Shown one piece after another: positions 62,098 through 64,000 of a stretch of DNA of 64,000 nucleotides (position 1 is its first letter; each line of letters begins with the position of its first letter). The stretch comes from Planctomycetota bacterium (lineage in GTDB: Bacteria; Planctomycetota; UBA8742; UBA2392). The position numbers were made by a program, and so were the translations under genes. The DNA lies in contig JADLFN010000026.1 in NCBI GenBank assembly GCA_020845475.1, positions 7,080-71,079 on the forward strand, read 5' to 3'. The notes below the pieces were generated by a model. The model searched no databases. It had not been told where the DNA came from and saw nothing but the letters and a program-made list of their open reading frames with translations.

Positions 62098-64000
62098 CTA
62101 GCTCCGTGTCAATAACATCGCCCCGCTCTTTTTCACTTCGAACTTCCAGCCCTTTGCCAGCCACAGGCAGCTCGAAAGTTCCGTGACGATCGCCGGGCCT
62201 CGCAGCTTGAAACCCGCAGGCAAGGCGTCGCGTTCGTACACGGGCACGCCCTTCCACTTCTTCGCGCGCGGCTTGCCCGTCGGCAACTTCGGCGCAGACA
62301 GCCTTGCTAACGTTTGCGCGCTGACACGTAGGCGCACGTTCACAATCTCTGCGCGGCGCTCAGGGTACGCGTCACCGAATTCCTTCTTGTGGGCCGCGTC
62401 GAAGAGTTTTCGCCAGTTGGCCTTGAGCGGCACGTTCAACTCAAAGCTCTGCCCGGCATAACGCGCGTCGAGCGAAGCCGCGTTTTTGAATGGGCCCTTC
62501 AAGCCGCATGCGCGCAATTCGCTGCTGCCGCGCAACTCCATCTCCCTTGCTGCGCGCTGTGCACGGGCGAAGCATTTTCGGTCGGCGTCGCTCAGCAGCA
62601 GCGTGCGAGAGAAATCGCGCGAGGCTGGCGTTTGCAACATGCCCAGCGCGCACAGCAGGCCGGGATCGCGCGGCACGAGAATCGTGTCCATGTCGAGCAG
62701 TTCCGCCAGCTCGCAGGCAATCAGCCCACCCGCGCCGCCAAAGGGCACCAGCGGCAAGCCTGAGGGCGAGATGCCGCGCTCGACGGTGACGCGGCGCAGC
62801 GCGCGTTCGATGCCGGCAAGCGCGACGCGCACGATGGCCGTGGCAGTCTGCAGGGGCGAGGCATACCTCGCCCCTACCTGAGACACGGCTTTTTCGGCGA
62901 GCGCATGATCCAGTTCCAGCGTGCCACCAAGTTTCATCGTTTGCGGCACACGTCCGAGCACCACCAGCGCATCCGTCAGCGTGGCCTGATTGCCGCCTCG
63001 CCCGTAGCACGCTGGACCTGGTTGCGCGCCCGCGCTTTGTGGGCCGACATTCAACGCGTCCGCCGCGTCGATCCAGGCCAGTGAGCCCCCACCGGCGCCA
63101 ATGGTGTGAATGTCGAGCGACGGCGTGCGCAGCGGCAGGCCCGCGATCTCCGTGACCGCGCGCAGGCGCGGCTCGCGCGTTACCAACGAAACATCGGTGC
63201 TCGTGCCACCCACGTCAAAGGCAACGCCGCTCTCGCAACCGTCCGCGTCCAAAGCCGCGCGCACGCCCGCGATGCCGCCGGCGGGTCCGCTGAGCGCAAG
63301 TTTCACGGGCTCGCGCGCCGCAATCTCCGCGGGCAACCAGCCCCCCGCGCTGTGCATAATCACCACGCGCGCGGGCGAAACGCGCTCTTCAAGCGCGGCT
63401 ATGTAGCTGCGCAAAAGCGGCATCAGGCCCGCATTGGCGGCGGTAACGAGCGAGCGCTCGTATTCGCGGAATTCCGGCGCCAGCTCGCTCGATAGCACGA
63501 CCGGAATGCCGAGCTTGTTCAAGGCTTGGCCCAGAGCGCGTTCGTGATTCCCATTGGCGTAGCTGTGCAGCAGGCACACACCTGTGGCTTGCGGCTTCAG
63601 CGCGGCTACGGCGTTGCACACCGAGGCGATCTCGCGCTCACCCAGAGCCGACTCCACTTCGCCGTGCGGACCTAGCCTCTCCTCAACTTCAAGTCGATGC
63701 GAGCGCGGAACAAGTTCGTTGCGCTGGCGCGGGGCAAGAGAATACAGGTCGCGCGGGTCGCGGTTCTGGCGGCCAATGGCCAGCACATCGCGCATGCCCT
63801 TGGTCGTGATAAACGCGATTGGTGCGAGTTTGCCTTCGAGCAGCGCGTTCGTTGCCGTGGTTGTTCCGTGTATCAGCAAGTCCGCACCGCCAAGTTGCGC
63901 CAACGCCTGCGCCACGCCGCGGCTTGGATCGTCGGGTGTCGTCGGCACTTTGGCGCGTGTAAGCCGGCCCCCGTCGAGCCGAACGGCATCAGTGAAGGTG
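62098..64000 (-). CDS. hyuA: hydantoinase A/oxoprolinase family protein (5' end outside the window)
   Basis: The frame stays open beyond 63948 to the window edge; the reverse complement of the last bases reads TFTDAVRLDGGRLTRAKVPTTPDDPS, the usual HyuA N-terminal region. Confidence 0.85.
   Translation of the reverse strand, partial: TFTDAVRLDGGRLTRAKVPTTPDDPSRGVAQALAQLGGADLLIHGTTTATNALLEGKLAPIAFITTKGMRDVLAIGRQNRDPRDLYSLAPRQRNELVPRSHRLEVEERLGPHGEVESALGEREIASVCNAVAALKPQATGVCLLHSYANGNHERALGQALNKLGIPVVLSSELAPEFREYERSLVTAANAGLMPLLRSYIAALEERVSPARVVIMHSAGGWLPAEIAAREPVKLALSGPAGGIAGVRAALDADGCESGVAFDVGGTSTDVSLVTREPRLRAVTEIAGLPLRTPSLDIHTIGAGGGSLAWIDAADALNVGPQSAGAQPGPACYGRGGNQATLTDALVVLGRVPQTMKLGGTLELDHALAEKAVSQVGARYASPLQTATAIVRVALAGIERALRRVTVERGISPSGLPLVPFGGAGGLIACELAELLDMDTILVPRDPGLLCALGMLQTPASRDFSRTLLLSDADRKCFARAQRAAREMELRGSSELRACGLKGPFKNAASLDARYAGQSFELNVPLKANWRKLFDAAHKKEFGDAYPERRAEIVNVRLRVSAQTLARLSAPKLPTGKPRAKKWKGVPVYERDALPAGFKLRGPAIVTELSSCLWLAKGWKFEVKKSGAMLLTRS

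Noticed and set aside
62059-62101. Two short palindromes between hyuA and hyuB (CTGGCGACG-CC-CGTCGCCAG at 62059..62078; CTAGGGCC-GGA-GGCCCTAG at 62083..62101, which includes the hyuA stop)
   Set aside because: They are real, but short intercistronic stems in an operon are most simply an mRNA-structure or coupling feature. They are not related to the REP family arms beyond a chance GCGAC/GTCGC.
1-64000. Search for tRNA, rRNA, riboswitch, integrase/transposase and CRISPR-Cas
   Set aside because: The intergenic gaps are short (mostly under 220 nt). None showed cloverleaf-like or known riboswitch features to my eye. No recombinase-like ORF was found. I cannot exclude small RNAs without covariance-model searches.

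Overview
This is a visibly high-GC bacterial chromosomal segment, apparently from a diderm (Mla lipid-transport genes, a GT9 heptosyltransferase, lipoprotein signal peptides). All calls come from reading the ORF translations and the DNA by eye, so homology is motif recall rather than a search result. About 60 genes are supported. Most are housekeeping: dapA, a hisZ-G-D-C-B operon, aroB, dprA, a fused homocysteine methyltransferase/MTHFR, plsY-gpsA, hemA, purD, bioB, cysS, ispF, mlaEFD, an Opp/Dpp-type binding protein with two permeases, prkA, kynA/kynU and hyuA/hyuB. I found no rRNA, tRNA, CRISPR array, integrase or transposase.

Observations worth a second look:
1. Two tandem paralogous periplasmic thioredoxin-fold genes (5264..6235 and 6308..7282) each carry an in-frame TGA exactly where the first Cys of the CxxC motif should be. 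The ORF track splits each into two ORFs. I read them as selenoproteins (UxxC) with a small conserved hairpin just after the UGA.
2. A more AT-rich two-gene cassette (2230..3758) encodes a DUF262/ParB-like protein (DGQQRL) translationally coupled to a small HEPN (Rx4-6H) protein. It sits beside an HNH endonuclease and is bounded by two short sequence boxes that recur at identical spacing. It looks like a GmrSD-like defence module with the nuclease replaced by a HEPN RNase.
3. A second AT-richer three-gene cassette (55782..58029) encodes a PD-(D/E)xK nuclease plus two unknowns, one membrane-anchored. It is wedged between the kynurenine-pathway genes kynA and kynU.
4. Three secreted proteins share a C-terminal Gly-run / Cys / TM helix / basic tail that resembles MYXO-CTERM or GlyGly-CTERM sorting signals. 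No sorting enzyme is in the window.
5. A family of REP-like palindromes (GGGGCGAC-N6-GTCGCCCC) occurs at three intergenic loci.
6. A 32-bp-stem hairpin built from GAGGTCAGAAGTCA-type units rewrites the 3' end of ispF.
7. Several unusual gene contexts: a lipoprotein with about 20 repeats coupled to mlaE, an L7/L12-CTD-like protein in an FHA cluster, and an ABC ATPase overlapping an unknown gene and a cytochrome c gene.

Many long antisense ORFs in the track are high-GC mirror ORFs and were rejected.
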